DNA of 64,000 bases from Lytechinus pictus (GCF_037042905.1 NC_087246.1:19034001-19098000); one strand, 5' to 3'; shown: positions 15,001 to 33,769, counted from the first letter of the stretch. Notes: generated from the letters alone by a model not told the origin. Translations and numbers: made by a program.

Positions 15001-18000
15001 GGTGGAAATCCATTCAAACAAGATTGGGCAGAGATCTACGCCAACACATTTATTTTAGGGAGACGACCTGGAGATACGAATCTAATAAATCTAATGCTGT
15101 TAAACCAAATTAGCTTTTTTTAAATAAGCTGTATGGAAAGGACCCAAATCATCCTTCCTGGGGGAAAAATTAGTTTCCAAGCTCTCATATTAGAAGGCAG
15201 ACCCGTCGAGAATAGTCATAATCAATGCATCTTGAAACGTCTAACTGAATTAATTAGGGTGAAGACATTATAAGCTGATAAAAAAAAAAAGGTTATTATA
15301 TTACGTTCGTTGCTACCGAAATGTCTTTTGCCTGCCGGTAATGACGTTACATTTAATTTGGTTATAACTTGTTGTACTTTCGTGCCATGATTTATGAAAC
15401 TTTTGAGAGTACATTATCAGTGAAGATGAGTTCGCATATTATTTTATTTGACTCAATTGGTTTAGTATGATATTGTATTGAACTCATATTGCCGAAATTT
15501 ATTTGAGTTTCAAAGAAAGTCGCATCGTTTTGGATACTCACATGTACAACAAACGATAGCGATACTCTTGTCCAAAGGGACCTTCCAATCGATACGCTTA
15601 TACCAGCAGCGAGTAATGTTATTCATATTAGCTGGACATCCTAGATACACAGCATCATACAAATTATTTGGTGAGGATGATATATCAAAGAGATCTCCTC
15701 CTACTGTCGTATATGCACCTATTAAGAGACAAATAGAAAATACAAGATGAATGGTGACTTCTGTTGGTTAACGAAGTAATATGCAATGGACTTTAGATAC
15801 ATTCATCATTTGTAATGGATATTCATGAGTGACCTTATCCAGTGATGTTAAAGCCTTTGGTTGAATTATATGTAGTTCACCTTAGATTATTGAATTGAAT
15901 TTATTACCAAATATATCACTGTCAGGTACAATTACATGGAATAGTACATCACATATAAACAAAACATTTGGTAATTGGAGCTAACATAATAGCAAGATGC
16001 TAATCGAGGTTAGCCCCAAGTAATGTCATTATCATAGTTTAAACAATAATTTTAACTAAATCTCAATATTGTACATCAAATACAGTACTAATTCTACTTA
16101 TTACTGTTGCAGAAAATTGTGATCATTTTTAGAGAACATATTTACACTATTTACAAAAAAAAATCTTAATTATTCATAAAATCTTTATATAGAATTTTTT
16201 GTTTTCAGGCAATATTTACCATACCAAATTAATCATAATCTTCCAGTAGCATTAATTTTAACGATTTGCTAAATATCTTGCGACTGGGGGTGTTTCTAAT
16301 ATTACTTGGCAGATGATTTCATAAAGTAGGACCAGAAAATGAAATTGATTGTTTTCCCAAATTGGTATTATTTTTGTCAAGATTAACATTTCGCTTTTCT
16401 CTATTTCTCGTATTGTAAGGATGGTCTATAAATGAAAAATAATCAATAAAACTATTCGGCAACCGATTATTCATTAAATCGTGCATAAATACTCCTATCA
16501 AATATTGGTATTGTTTGAAAATATCGAGAATATTTAGATCATAAAATAAAAGAGCAGAGTGATACGTATGATGGTTGAACGTCATTATTTTATCTATTCT
16601 TTTTTGAAGTAATAATATAGGGTTTAGGGTTGTTTTGCACAACCCACCCCAAACTTCCAGATCATACGTTATATGTGGTAAAATAAATGAGTTGTATAAC
16701 ATTACTAAGATTCTCTTTGTTACATAATTCCTCAATCTATAAAGTATTCCAATGTTTTTCCTTAACACATTGCATACAAATGTCAACCGATATTCGCTAC
16801 TCTGGGCCAAAATTTTGGAACAGTTTACCAGCCCGCCTACAAAACCCTCGTTCTTTGCAATCTTTCTCTTATAAAATGAAACTTTATTTAAATGCTCGCA
16901 CTGACAGAGATCATTGACATGTTGACATGCTTGAACTACCTTCCATTTCTAATGTTAATTAATGCACATGCCTTACCTGTTGCTCTGCTAGACAAATGTC
17001 ACTCAAGCTCTTTATATATACATGTACCAATATTACGTAATTGCGACCAGTTTACTCTGTTATTCAAATGAACTTATCTTCTAATGCCTACATTTCTTCT
17101 CCCTCTTCTCCATCTGTGTTTCTTTTTCTACTCTTAACTTTCTTATTTATATGCAATTACATATGATGTCATTACAGTACGTAACTTGTTATTTATTTGT
17201 ATCTGGCGACCCCAACTCAAGCTCTGCTTTCCGGGTTTTCGCCTCCTTCAAAATTGTGTCGAAATATATACTGTATTCGTTACTATGTCAAATATTATTT
17301 TGTATCTGTTTGAAGGAAATAAATGTGATTTTCAATCAATCAATCAACCTGTTTCTTCCCTGTAAGGTTTTTGTCGATACATATACCAAGAAATAATATT
17401 GATTCCACACACTCTAATAAAGTTCCTTTCAGTGACATTTATCCTGATATTAAAATATTTTTTTCGTCTATTTTTAAACAACATATATTTAGTTTTCGTA
17501 ACATTGATTGTCAATTTGTTGGCATTGCACCATGTTATTATATAGTTTAAATTGAGACTAATTTCTGATAAATCAATATGTTGTTCATCTCAATTGAAAG
17601 TATGAAATTAATTCGAGTCATCCGCAAAAAGACGGAAATTGAAATAATTTGAGGAGTTTGCCAGATCGTTTATATGCAACAAGAACAAAGTTGGACCCAA
17701 AACTGATCCTTGTGGAATACCGCATGAATTTGGCCTGCATTCGAAATTTACACCATCATGATTAACAAATTGCTTCCTGTTTCGTAAATAATCATTAAAC
17801 CATTCTACTGCTTTACCATGAATGCCATAGTGTTATAGTTTCATAATGAGAATAGATTGATTAATCGTATCAAAAGCTTAGCAAAATCGATGAATATTCC
17901 TACTGTCACCTTCATTCATCAGTATATCTTGTAATTTGATTAATCAGATTTATCAGTGAAAGTTCGTACTGTATCCATTTCTAAAACCATATTGGTGTTT

Positions 18001-21000
18001 ATACAATATTCCATTCTTTTCTATGAGTTACAGATCATATTCTGTTTCTTTTCATAAGATAATTGACGTACAATGAATATTTAAAAAACTACACGTAACT
18101 TTTACACAAATTATTCTGCCAACTCTACCAAATTGGTGGTAAGACTCCCGCGTTAATATGCGGATATAAGGCACCAACCGATTTTTATTTGTTTTCCTTT
18201 GACAAATCGGTATTTTTAATCCTCTTTAGAATCACCCAAGCAAGTGCTTAAACGAATGCAATATATGCGTTTAGACTATTTCAATATCTGCTGTAGATAG
18301 ATATAGATCCAGATTGTGGATGTCTGCATCCACTACAAATGCAAAGTTGCACAGAACAGCAAAGAGCGGAAGAGTTAGGATGATGGGGAAGGGGCCAAGC
18401 GATTATTGAGTACCATATACGTAGCTGGTGAGTGGCATGGAATTTGTCAGCCAGTTAATCTGAAGGAGAAGGGTGTTCACGAATCACGATGTCCAAAAAG
18501 TTTCCTTTTTGGTCAATAAACCCTTCAATAACGTTCAATAACGCTCAAACCTCCACTATTGTTTCTTCTGCCATTACCCTTTCATGTCTTTTAACATTTG
18601 ATATGAAATATCGTACAGATAGATTTCTTCCTTTCAGTTGGATTTTGCAAAACGTTTTGAATGTAAGGTGGATAGAAGTGTACCGTGAAGCCATCTGTCG
18701 TTATTGAAAAATAAATCTGATTTTTTTGTGTTTTTTAATGTACGTTCGCAGACAGGAAGTGCATATTTATTTCAAGCGGAATATGCCTTAAAAGCTCGAA
18801 AACACGAAGTTTTTTTTTGGTCCATCGCTGCGTTCCCTCGCATTAAATCAATGAACATACTGAATGAACAAAGATGTCAAAGAGGGAAGACCCAGCCCAC
18901 CCCCCCCCCCCGGAATTCAAGATCCCCATCATATTGATACTTAACTCTCCAAGTGCCAAATGGAGAGTAATTACAGAGTATTTTGTGTATAGGTTTGCAA
19001 CTCTCCATACTTGACAGTTATTATCCAACTCATAAATGACTCATTGGGTCTACTCTAAGTTTTGTAATGCAGTGGATACACTGCAACGAGACCATACGTG
19101 AGATTTTGTAAAGGGCAAAATACGTTCAAATTATTCAGAGGAAAGCTAAGCGACAGAATGCCAATGCGGTTTAGGCATTGTTAACGAAATTCATCGATTA
19201 ATTCACATGATTTAAAGAGCCAAATTTATTATATGCTGAAACTTGCCACACCCTCTCACAAAAAGTGGGATATATATCCCCCAACCTCCAGGAGTTAACT
19301 CTAGTGATCATTTACCTTCATATCCTAGATACTTGCAGACGAACCGCGATGCATTCTTTGGCCAATCTCGCTGATGAACGAGCAAATCGTTTGTAGGGCC
19401 AGCTTGAGATGTGACAACCAATCTTCCTTCAGTTTCATTACCACCGACAAGTCTTAAAGACTGTAAGAATGGCCCTTTTGTAAAGGAATGGAAACAGATT
19501 GCAAATATTAAGGAAGTTTGTACCTCTGACTCCAAGTTGTTTAGTGAAAGAGAATCGGGTCTTTGCACGAATGAAAACATGGATGACTTATCATTTGTAA
19601 TGTAAGACCAACATTACTTTTTTTATGAAACACTTAAGATATTACCAATACACAATGCAGGCTTATGGCCCAGAGGAAGAACATGTTGGTTATTCATAGC
19701 TAATCTGAAACGGGTTATCTCCACGCTATAAGTTCTATATTTTGTATTACTTTATTGTTATGTTTACATATTGTTAAACAGAAACATAATATTATTGTTA
19801 AATAATCATTTGATCATACAAAGTATAGTTTATATGTAATTTCAATCGTGAATAACATTCGGTTCTCTGATCTCTCTGCAAAATCTCTCTCTCTCGTTTA
19901 TACTAATAATCATTACATGGGGAGATGTCGGAGTTGTACTCGGAGTGAGTTGTATTCGGGGGAGTTGTCCTCCAACGGAATTGTACTCTGGTGTGTAAGT
20001 TGTCATCTGGGGTATATGATCAGGGGAGCTATCCTCCAGGAAACTCGTCCTCTGGAAGGGGACCCTTACTCCGAGAGAATTTGACATGCGAGGGAGTTGT
20101 CCTTCATGGAGTGGGGGGGGGGGGGGGCTGGGCGGTCCATCCACGGGAGTCCTAATAAGTATATTAACAGTAGGCAGTACACATGAATACACGCTCTCAA
20201 TGCAAAGGAGCTATAATCCGGTCCCTTATCACTCCTCTCAGAGTGAATTGAAGGACCAGTCCTGATGGAGTGATATCTCGGTCTTTCAAGAGTGGGTTTT
20301 CACCCTTTTTTTGAATGAAAGTGTGCATTTTTTTACATTTAGAGAGTATTTGGACAGTCTCAAGATCGCCTCAAAATTGATTTTGTCCCACACTACTTAT
20401 GAAGGGTAATTAGTTGTTAATTATTACATTCTTACCTGCACAGTAGAATTGTTTTGAATGAACAGGTAGAGCATTGAACCCACTTGGTATGGCCGAAATC
20501 TTTCCTTCCGTTAATTCTAATTGTACAACGTCTCCACTTGCCAACATCTTTGATGGACACTTAACGATCTCGGGGCAAATTTGACCAGCAGTAAGAGCTG
20601 TGGGGTTATAGTGGTTTATGAAAAAAGACTATCAGCATAATCTCCAGCAAAAGGAACATCCTTCATGGAATCTTAGATCTACCACCTCTGAAAGGAACTC
20701 GATGAAAACTCCTCTGAACAGAACAGAGTCATTGATAGAGCAATTCATCCGTTTCTTAATGTTTACATTTTGATGTGTAATCCATCGATTTCCAACACTG
20801 TACTTTTTTTTTATTTTTATACAGTAAATGAAACCACACGAAGCAAACCAAACACTTCATACGGAGTGGAAGCGTTGAAATCAATACAAAATATTTCATA
20901 ACATTAATTTTATGACATAATATATGTCTATTAAGTATAAAAAAAATGATGAGTGCAATAAATAGTTTTAAATATTTACCTGTTTCTTGAAGTAAAACCA

Positions 21001-21040
21001 CAGACAAGAGAATTATCTCAAACATAATGAAAGTTGTCAT
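1..21040 (-). CDS. Spliced gene, 3' incomplete: signal peptide + SRCR + at least two FA58C/discoidin (F5/8 type C) domains
   Basis: Phase-consistent GT/AG exons 21040-20980, 20597-20436, 19474-19316, 15718-15542, 5010-4679, 2232-2076, 1127-904, 31-<1. Motifs: MTTFIMFEIILLSVVLL signal; LRLVGG..EGRL..W...VCKYLGY (SRCR); PLGLESGKI..ARLN..AW..WLQV..IITQG..YKVSYS (FA58C); MGVEDGRIPD..GRLN..GW..IDVGQTSLIT (second FA58C). Confidence 0.85.
904..1127 (-). CDS. SRCR-FA58C gene exon, N-part of second FA58C
   Basis: tttag acceptor, ATG|gtgggt donor; MGVEDGRIPDSSLTSSS...GRLN...GWLA...WVM. Confidence 0.85.
2076..2232 (-). CDS. SRCR-FA58C gene exon, C-part of first FA58C
   Basis: cttcag acceptor, gtgag donor; VFSGNYD...PIVCRYFRIH...IRLELNG. 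Confidence 0.88.
2384..3700. mobile_element. Non-autonomous hAT-like DNA transposon (MITE family A)
   Basis: TIRs CAGTGGCGTA/TACGCCACTG; perfect 8-bp TSD TGCTCTAA; internal GCTCGCGCTTCGCGCTCGCA repeats; homologous, opposite orientation, to 35597-36778 and 37141-38341. Confidence 0.9.
2615..2895 (+). mobile_element. tRNA-derived SINE inserted in MITE A
   Basis: A box TGGCTCAGTTGG, B box GGTTCAAACC, (ATCATTT)n-like tail; absent from the other two MITE A copies. Confidence 0.8.
4045..4333. mobile_element. Small TTAA-flanked MITE (Kolobok/piggyBac-like)
   Basis: TTAA|GGA...TCC|TTAA ends; TIR match is short. Confidence 0.5.
4679..5010 (-). CDS. SRCR-FA58C gene exon, N-part of first FA58C
   Basis: cag acceptor, AAG|gtaaac donor; lies within ORF 4583..5059. 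Confidence 0.9.
5275..5996. mobile_element. GC-rich MITE, PIF/Harbinger-like
   Basis: TIRs GACCAGGTCACACCG / CGGTGTGACCAGGCC, flanked by TAA/TTA-like triplets; internal CACCGC and GGCGTTG repeats. Confidence 0.7.
6040..7026. mobile_element. Tc1/mariner-like MITE
   Basis: TA TSD; ~28-bp TIRs CAGTGCGTATCAAA...ACACTT / AAGTGT...TTTGATACGCACTG. Confidence 0.85.
7517..8090. mobile_element. MITE-like inverted repeat element interrupted by a SINE
   Basis: TGGGCAACATACTGTCCAC near left end and GTGGACAGTATGTTGCCCA near right end. Confidence 0.55.
7588..7948 (+). mobile_element. tRNA-derived SINE with conserved-core-like body and L2/CR1-type tail
   Basis: A box GTGGTGTAGTGG, B box GTTCGAATCC, CTCGACCCA..GAATGGGTACC core, GTAAAGCAC..CGCTATA..(ATT)n tail. 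Confidence 0.85.
8092..9765 (+). mobile_element. Degraded RTE-like LINE (end of endonuclease plus RT)
   Basis: Frameshifted motifs GSDHR, NYRGITLSPIA, FSQAFDS, GILQGDTL, DDDIAL. Confidence 0.85.
9768..10292. mobile_element. MITE with G-tract termini
   Basis: CCGGG(G)nTACTC ... GAGTG(C)nG inverted termini. Confidence 0.6.
10300..10662 (-). mobile_element. RTE-like LINE endonuclease fragment (second, inverted copy)
   Basis: FYDELSSAINSLPAH..IGG..RFQH..W..PNG..QI; 3' part is the reverse complement of 8092-8180. Confidence 0.8.
10936..11237. mobile_element. MITE with ~35-45-bp TIRs
   Basis: CACTTCCATTGACGAGTGGATACCAGGCGC and its reverse complement at the two ends. Confidence 0.85.
12430..14313. 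mobile_element. hAT-like non-autonomous element family B, internally inverted copy
   Basis: Body 12464-14313 is the reverse complement of 38765-40259 plus ~36994-37032; termini CAGTAGCGTAAC and CAGCGGCGTAAC. Confidence 0.85.
13501..13766 (+). mobile_element. tRNA(CAT anticodon)-headed SINE
   Basis: A box TGGTCCAGTGG, B box GTTCGAATCC, (AGAAAC)n tail, CATTA TSD; absent from the homologous site near 39242. Confidence 0.85.
14520..14945 (-). mobile_element. 5' part of the inverted RTE-like LINE copy
   Basis: RIIEITLNGNPATTIVSCYS endonuclease motif; 14845-14945 is reverse-homologous to 7365-7468. Confidence 0.7.
15542..15718 (-). CDS. SRCR-FA58C gene exon, second half of SRCR
   Basis: tag acceptor, gtgagt donor; GAYTTVGG...YLGCPANMNNITRCW...IAIVCCT; phase 1-1. 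Confidence 0.8.
15890..18010 (-). mobile_element. Degraded CR1/L2-group LINE (RT and C-terminus), interrupted at ~16730-17350
   Basis: QYGFR, GIPQGSVLGPTLF, LYNSFILPHITY..EVWG motifs; (ATTCA)n-like end near 15890. Confidence 0.8.
16730..17348 (+). mobile_element. CR1/L2-group LINE 3' fragment nested in opposite orientation
   Basis: IRYSGPKFWNSLP motif, AATAAA and (CAAT)n tail. Confidence 0.75.
19316..19474 (-). CDS. SRCR-FA58C gene exon, first half of SRCR
   Basis: GPFLQSLRLVGGNETEGRL...VCKYLGYE; aag acceptor chosen for phase, gtaaat donor. Confidence 0.8.
20436..20597 (-). CDS. SRCR-FA58C gene coding exon 2 (Cys-containing N-terminal segment)
   Basis: cacag acceptor, gtaag donor, open 162-nt phase 1-1 exon (LTAGQICPEIVKCP...FYCA). 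Confidence 0.7.
20980..21040 (-). CDS. SRCR-FA58C gene first coding exon (signal peptide)
   Basis: ATG at 21040, hydrophobic leader, G|gtaaat donor. Confidence 0.75.
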
Positions 21041-23268
21041 CACACGATGCTGAAGACGTGCCTGATATATGTAAACGGAACATTACCAGAAACAAGAATT
21101 TTTTTTGGACGTCTGTCGGAAATGAAAAAAAATCTTATTCTCAAACATATAAACCAATGTCTTCAAAGTGTCCTACAATTTATTTTTTTAAAAAAATCGA
21201 AAAATTACAATTTATGAGGAATTTTTCTAACTGGTGAGAACGGTCGAGGATACTTGATGAAAATAAGATATCCTTATTCAAATCAACATTTCGATGGCCA
21301 GATTACTAATATAAAAGTTTGATAATATGTCACAAGGCGTTTACTGATCTGTAGTCATCAATTCGACGTTATGCAGTGAATCTGACATGACAATAAGGTA
21401 TATTTGGTAAAGTCGACTGGATACGTGAATGATGTTACAGTCACGTGAACGAAAAAGACTTCAAAGAAACCGATAGTATCTTATTGGTAATACAGTTGTC
21501 TGTCGAATTGAGACGGTTTTGATGGTGTGCCTGCATCATGATGGATGAAAACACGGAGAAACATTGCGATTATCAAATGCAGAAATGTCGTTAGTCGATT
21601 CCATTTTTAAATTTACTTTTCACATCGTGAAATGAGAAAACATGCCAATTAATTGGCTCTGATCGAACCGCGCACCATGACAATTATATGACAAAATTAC
21701 AATTCTCAGAGTGATATATATATACGAATAACTTTCTTATTGCTTGATTACCGCTGAATAATTACAAGTAATGATAATTGCTAGTATTCATATGTTCGTT
21801 TTGCTTCGGTTATTTGTCTGTTCCAAGGTGAAAGGAACAATAAATTAGAAGTTGTGAAGAGTTCAATTTGATTGCACAATAACCATTGGTGCAGTAAGAG
21901 TGTTAATACTGTCAGTTCGTTATTATGACTCCAATGATAATCTTATTATAATTTCTAATAAACACAATTATTTTTCTTTCTTCTCTTGCTACAGATACAT
22001 GCATTGTATTGTGTTTCGTTTGTGTGTTGAATGTGCATTGTGGGCGAACCGACGGCCTTGTAAGTAATTACGCCTTTAAAATGTCTAATATTGCTAACAA
22101 ACTTTCCTCTACGAGGTCGACGATGTGCCATTGTGTTTCGTGAAGTGCTAATCATCACCAATCACTGACCCCTCCCTCCCACCATGGACCTACTAGTAGG
22201 TCCATGCTCCCACCCACCCATCCACTTCCACGCACAAAATAGGTATTTCTGAAACGGCAGTGACTCGGTGGGTCATTATTAGGCCTATAAAATAGAATAG
22301 TTTACGGCAACTTGCTATTATCAATGACGTACATGTAGGCTGGTTTGAGCATGGGAGGTGCAGATCATGGGGAGGTGGAACTAAAGTGGTATGGGGAGCA
22401 CGTTTTGAGGAGGTGGAACTAAAGTTTTGAAAAGGGGTACAAATTTCGTTTTGCTTGCCAGTGTCGGAACTCCTCTGCCTCAGCGGAAGGATGCACACAC
22501 CCACCCACAAAAGACAGACAAACACTCTCATATAATTTCCACTCTCTTCCTTTCCCTTACACGCATGTGTACTCACATACATTAATAACAGAATGACATA
22601 AATCATGAAAATACGGTATATTGTATGATATAGAGTGTGTGATACAATCGGTAAAGAAGCGCTAAACCAAAGCACCTAACCCATCAAAATCCCAATAAAG
22701 ACACCCCCATACGCTAAGATCCATATATCCACACGCTCCCTTTACTTATACATCCTTACACGCCCTCCCACACCCGTCGCTGCCACATACACTTTTTAAT
22801 TAACACATGCACGCATTTTTACCAGAAAGACATTCTCATTTGCTCGATTCAAGATAAAAAGAGCCACGTAGGGCATAAAGTGCCTTGTGTCGGGAATCGA
22901 GCCCCAGACTTTCAATTGTGTAGTTCGGCGCCTTACACCACTTGGCCACGGCACATACACTAAACATACCCATCAACCCTCACCCACACACATACTCTCA
23001 CGTACCCACACACGTACCCACACACACACACACACCATCAATATTTCTGGTTATGTTCATAAGTGGGCGTGAAACAAAATCGCTTATGCCTTGTTGCTCT
23101 ATAATATCATCCACACAACCCATATCATTCATCCACACGCACAATTCTGGATTGATATGTGGCATCATACATCTTGAATGTAGAACCGGGTTGTGCGTCG
23201 TGATCACTTCACCTTCGCTGTGAGCGCGTATGTCCAGATAATAGTAAAAGTAGTAATAATACAACTAG

Positions 23269-23364
23269 GGCCAAGTAAAAAAAGAAAGTAGTTGATCGTC
23301 CTCGCGCGCATCTATTTTGGCCGCCGCATGAAAATTTTTACTATTTACTATTTTCAAAAATTGG

Positions 23365-23404
<40 letters not shown>

Positions 23405-24856
23405 GTGATGTTTCTCCTCCGTGCCTGCTTTCCTTTTTGATTGCAGCATCAATTTTCTTGATATTTACTATTTTTATGGCTGCTGAATAGCGAAAAAAAT
23501 CACAAGATTGGCGAGGGATTTGCTCTCATGTGCTCTGGGATCTCTCTCGCAACTTCAAAAACAATTGCTAAGTCCGATATCGCCGTAACTGCAAGAAGGA
23601 AAAAAATTCTGATTTGTTTTTTTATTGGAATTTTGAAGATACCATCACAAATTAGCGAGAAAATAAAGTTTGCAAACTCGGAAAAGATCACGGATTTCTT
23701 CATTTTTAGTGCATTTTCGGGGACCCCGCTTCCTAAATCTGAACTAATCCGTCGCGTGCTTTGGAAATATGGCGCAGATAAATCAATTTTAATGATGTAA
23801 TTTGTATTTTAGCGGGGTATTTTGGTGAGTGATAGCGCCAGTACTTCGATGTGTGTTACGGTGAATGAGCTGTGCTTGTGACTCTGTTGGGTGAATGCAT
23901 GTGTGCTGGGATGATGTGATTGACTGTGCTGGCGCGACATGTGAATTTGTGAAATGAATTGAATTTTCTGGCAAGTTTTCTTACGTCAGCAGGCAATGCA
24001 TTGAATATTCAAAAAATAATTTGAAGTGGATTATTCATTATCAATATTGAAAATCATTAATGGGATTCCAGTAAGTGCCAATTCTGTTCAAATTTGATAA
24101 ACTTCATTCTTCCTCGAGCTATTCAATTTGATGGACAATTGTAAAAATTGGTAAATAGATCTAACAGTTACAAATATTGAAATAATAAACATTATGTGAA
24201 CAATTAACAATTAATTCAATAATCATTTAACATTTGATATCAATTAAAAAAATGAATAAAAATTGAACAGTATTTAACATTATGTAAACGAATATAAAAG
24301 CAGCTGGAAACTGCGATGCGAAACCATGCCCAGAGCTAAAAAAGAGATTGGCTCTGGAAAACTGAACATGGCTCCATGGTAATAAAAATGACCCCCCCCC
24401 CCCAAATGCATGTTTTACCCTTACATATATATTAATATAGAATAATGTTTAAATCATTCACTTGACATGAACATTTTGTTTTACAACAAGTAGCGGTATA
24501 CATCAGTAATACTTCAATAGATTTTTATAGCATAATACATTTTCCATATAGATTTCCAATCAATTGCATACATGTATATATATACATGTATATATTTCTA
24601 CTCATTTATTATTAATATTGATCATGCATCGATCACATAATTCGAGCTTGACATGGCCTGACAATCATTTGAATAAAAAATAGCAAAAAAAATAGTAAAT
24701 AGTAAGGACCTCCCTCATCACTGATGTCAAAAAACGGGCCGAGAAAATGCCTCCTTGTTTTTAAAAAAAATAGCAAGATAGCAAATAGTAAGGACCTCCC
24801 TCATCACTGCTCTCAGAAAACCCGGACGATCAACTACTATCTTTTTTTACTTGGCC
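23269..24856. mobile_element. Non-autonomous DNA transposon with 3-bp TSD (Zator/Harbinger-like)
   Basis: ~33-bp TIR GGCCAAGTAAAAAAAGAnAGTAGTTGATCGTCC; TAG on both flanks. Confidence 0.8.
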
Positions 24857-26595
24857 TAGTTAAAAAAAAACCTGTTGAGGTTCTGCACCTTCTTTTCTGG
24901 GATTTTTATTAGCCTTTGCAGGCCTATCAAAATTTAATGAAAACAAATGCAAATAAATGCATGTACGATACATGAGTACTTTCTTTATTAATGAAAAAAT
25001 AATAAACAAAAAACACAAAGAGGTATTATTCTACATGAAATCATTAAAACGAAAATTGCTATTTTAAATCAGATTTAACGTATATCAACAATTTAAATGA
25101 TTATTAGTGCTGTTTTGTCAGTAACTGATTTTGTATTGCACTTTTGCAATATGAACAAGAACGATTATCTGGATCAAGATGGAAACCTAATATTCGACGG
25201 GTCAGAATTCAATAATATTTTCGGACTTTCGCCATCGTCTGTCATAAAAACTACTATCTTAGCAAAAATTTACAATTCTGCCAGCATATAAATCACTATT
25301 TATTACAAAACAGATAACCTTTTTATGAACATAAATGAAAGGAATAAATAAGAACGTTATAAAACATTTATGAATACGAATAAGCTGATTTATTTCTGTG
25401 AGCAGTGGATCATAAAATGTGTAGTCCTCTATAGAAATAAACATGGGCTTACGACTACCCTGCAAAATTACACAGTGAATGTGTTACAAGTCAATATCAG
25501 GAACTGCATAGGGGAACCCCTGTCCGAGTTACGTAGGCCTATAAACCTTCAGTTCCTGTATAATAAAGATCTGATTAAGCAGTTTCCCCACCCATGGACC
25601 GTCTTTAGCCCAAAGGAGGGGATTCGTTGAATTTCCAGTTGTATAGGCCCATGCCCCACCACTAGCTTTGCGCTACTGTGTCTCGACCTGTTCATATTAT
25701 GGATTAATTTACAGAAGAAGGGGCGCTGGAATAATTTTGTGGTGGGGTTTATTAAGGAAGGTGCTGAAGAACATGATGAATACTATATCCACGAGTGATA
25801 AAGGAATAGAGAGAAAGAAGGAGGGGAAGGGCAGGCATGGATGGTGGAGGGGGCGGGCACGACCTATTAAATCCCCGATCTACTCTTGGGGAAGGGGGAG
25901 GGGGTGGTGGTCTCGTGTGTTCCATCCTATTCATTCTTTGTTTGTCAACGTGTGCCCGATGTCTCCTTTCAGGCTATCTTGGACCCCTGTACGAAGAAAA
26001 ATGAAATAAGATTACATAATGTATAGTAATACTGAACAATAAACCATGATCTGCCGCCCCTCATTTTCCCGACTGAAATAGAAAAGGATCTAGACCAATA
26101 ATTCGAAATTTGACGACCCAAGCTTCCAACCCACAGATCACGAAAATTCTAATAACAAAGTCTGTCTCCCATTATGCACATGGATTGTAACAATATCATC
26201 TGTGTTAGCTGATTATTACGATCAAATTGAAAAGTTATGAAATACAAATACAATTTTAGTGTTTGTTGTTGGTATTTTTTTCATTATTCAAGCAATACCA
26301 ATTTCTTTTGAACTGCTTGAGCTACTCTTTCGTGCTTATTGTTAAGGGAAGACTCTCGTGGGGGGGGGGGGGAGACTTCTAAACTATCAATGATTGTAAT
26401 CTTTACTTTGAAGTTTTTGTTTTATATAGTATATTATAATCATCACCATGGTCATAATATATTTCAAAACGGACAAGAATAGAAACGAATCATTAATGCA
26501 AAGCAATATACAAAGAGCAAGCATTGGCTATGTCATTTTTCATCAGAATTAGGGATGGCCTGATGAGAGGGTACAGCCTGATCATATCGGTTTCT

Positions 26596-32523
<5,928 letters not shown>

Positions 32524-32689
32524 TCTACGCCTCACTGTATAAAACATTAATAACACTTAAGCTTAGATTATGTAATAAAATAATTTAAACAGAAAAATAA
32601 ATACCTTTTCCGTGGACTGTCATTGCATTTCATTAGTTATGGCAACCGGAGCTTGTCATAAATACACTCAGTTGAAAATATTCGTGACT

Positions 32690-32702
32690 GTTTATATATA
32701 TA
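32690..32702 (-). promoter_or_regulatory. Candidate TATA box of the protease gene
   Basis: TATATAAA on minus strand ~90 nt upstream of a candidate AAG|gtat donor at 32605, consistent with a short non-coding first exon. Confidence 0.35.
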
Positions 32703-33769
32703 ATTGATACATAGGCCTAGATCTAGATCAATTATATATAAAGGGCGTCAATCGATATATATTTGGCATTTTCTTGCATGTTTAAATGGACATTTACCAT
32801 ATGCATCAAACTGATTATAGTCCAACTCCAAAAATTTTGGAGAAGTTTATTAAAAATGGACGTGAAATTTACATTTTCATGCAAAAGGGCCTAAATCCGA
32901 ACACTTTTCATGCATATTTTTTTTTTATTTCACCCAAATCAATGTTTCCATTCAGGAAGTTTTGTTCCTATGTTTAAAAATCATAAATATAAAAATGACA
33001 GTTTAAAAATCCTGCAGATTTCTTTTTATTATATATTAATTTTTATGTATTTTGGGATTTAGTCCCTTTGCATGAAAAGTCCAGAGGGGTAATAAATATT
33101 TTTTGCACCGTTTGTCTGGTTTTCTTTCCCCTTTCCTATTGAGGCCTCCATCAATTTCAAGCTCGTTTAAGAAGGAGGTCTCCCACATTTCAAAATGCAT
33201 TATGTCGATATATTTCTGTTATTTTTTTAAATAATCAAAATAAGAGAAATTTATCGGGTATAATTATATTTCAATTAGATTGTTAGAATGTATGTATGCA
33301 TATGTTATTCATTATGTAATTTGCTTATTGTTATTTTATGCTGAGAAAATGATAACACTTGTAAATACTTTTGTTATTGGAATGTGGAAATAAATAAATC
33401 AAATCAAAATAAAATAAATATAATAGTTCTCTCTTCCTCTACCCTTCCTATTGTCTAATTGTCAGCTTAGTTGTAGAAGTGGTTTACTGGTCTGTTTACT
33501 AGTTACATGTATAAGTTTTGTCTGACATAACAACAACTTGAAATAAGTTTTCATGCAAAGGGACAAAATCCATAAAAATTGTAAATTTAAAAGAATAATA
33601 TAAAATAAGAGACATCTCCAGGATTTCTATATTGTCATTTTTGTCTCGCCTGCATAAAAATATATTCAAGTCCTTTGAAAGCACGTAGAGACGTTGTTCA
33701 TAATGTGTTATGCGCTATACAAGAACTTTCTATTATTATTATTATTATTACTATTATTATTATTATATT

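Noticed and set aside
16319-16810. 163-aa ORF as a host gene
   Set aside because: C-terminal remnant of a CR1/L2-group LINE fused to a nested insertion.
18290-19090. Possible extra exons of the SRCR-FA58C gene
   Set aside because: The frames I tested contain stops, and the SRCR halves join in phase without them.
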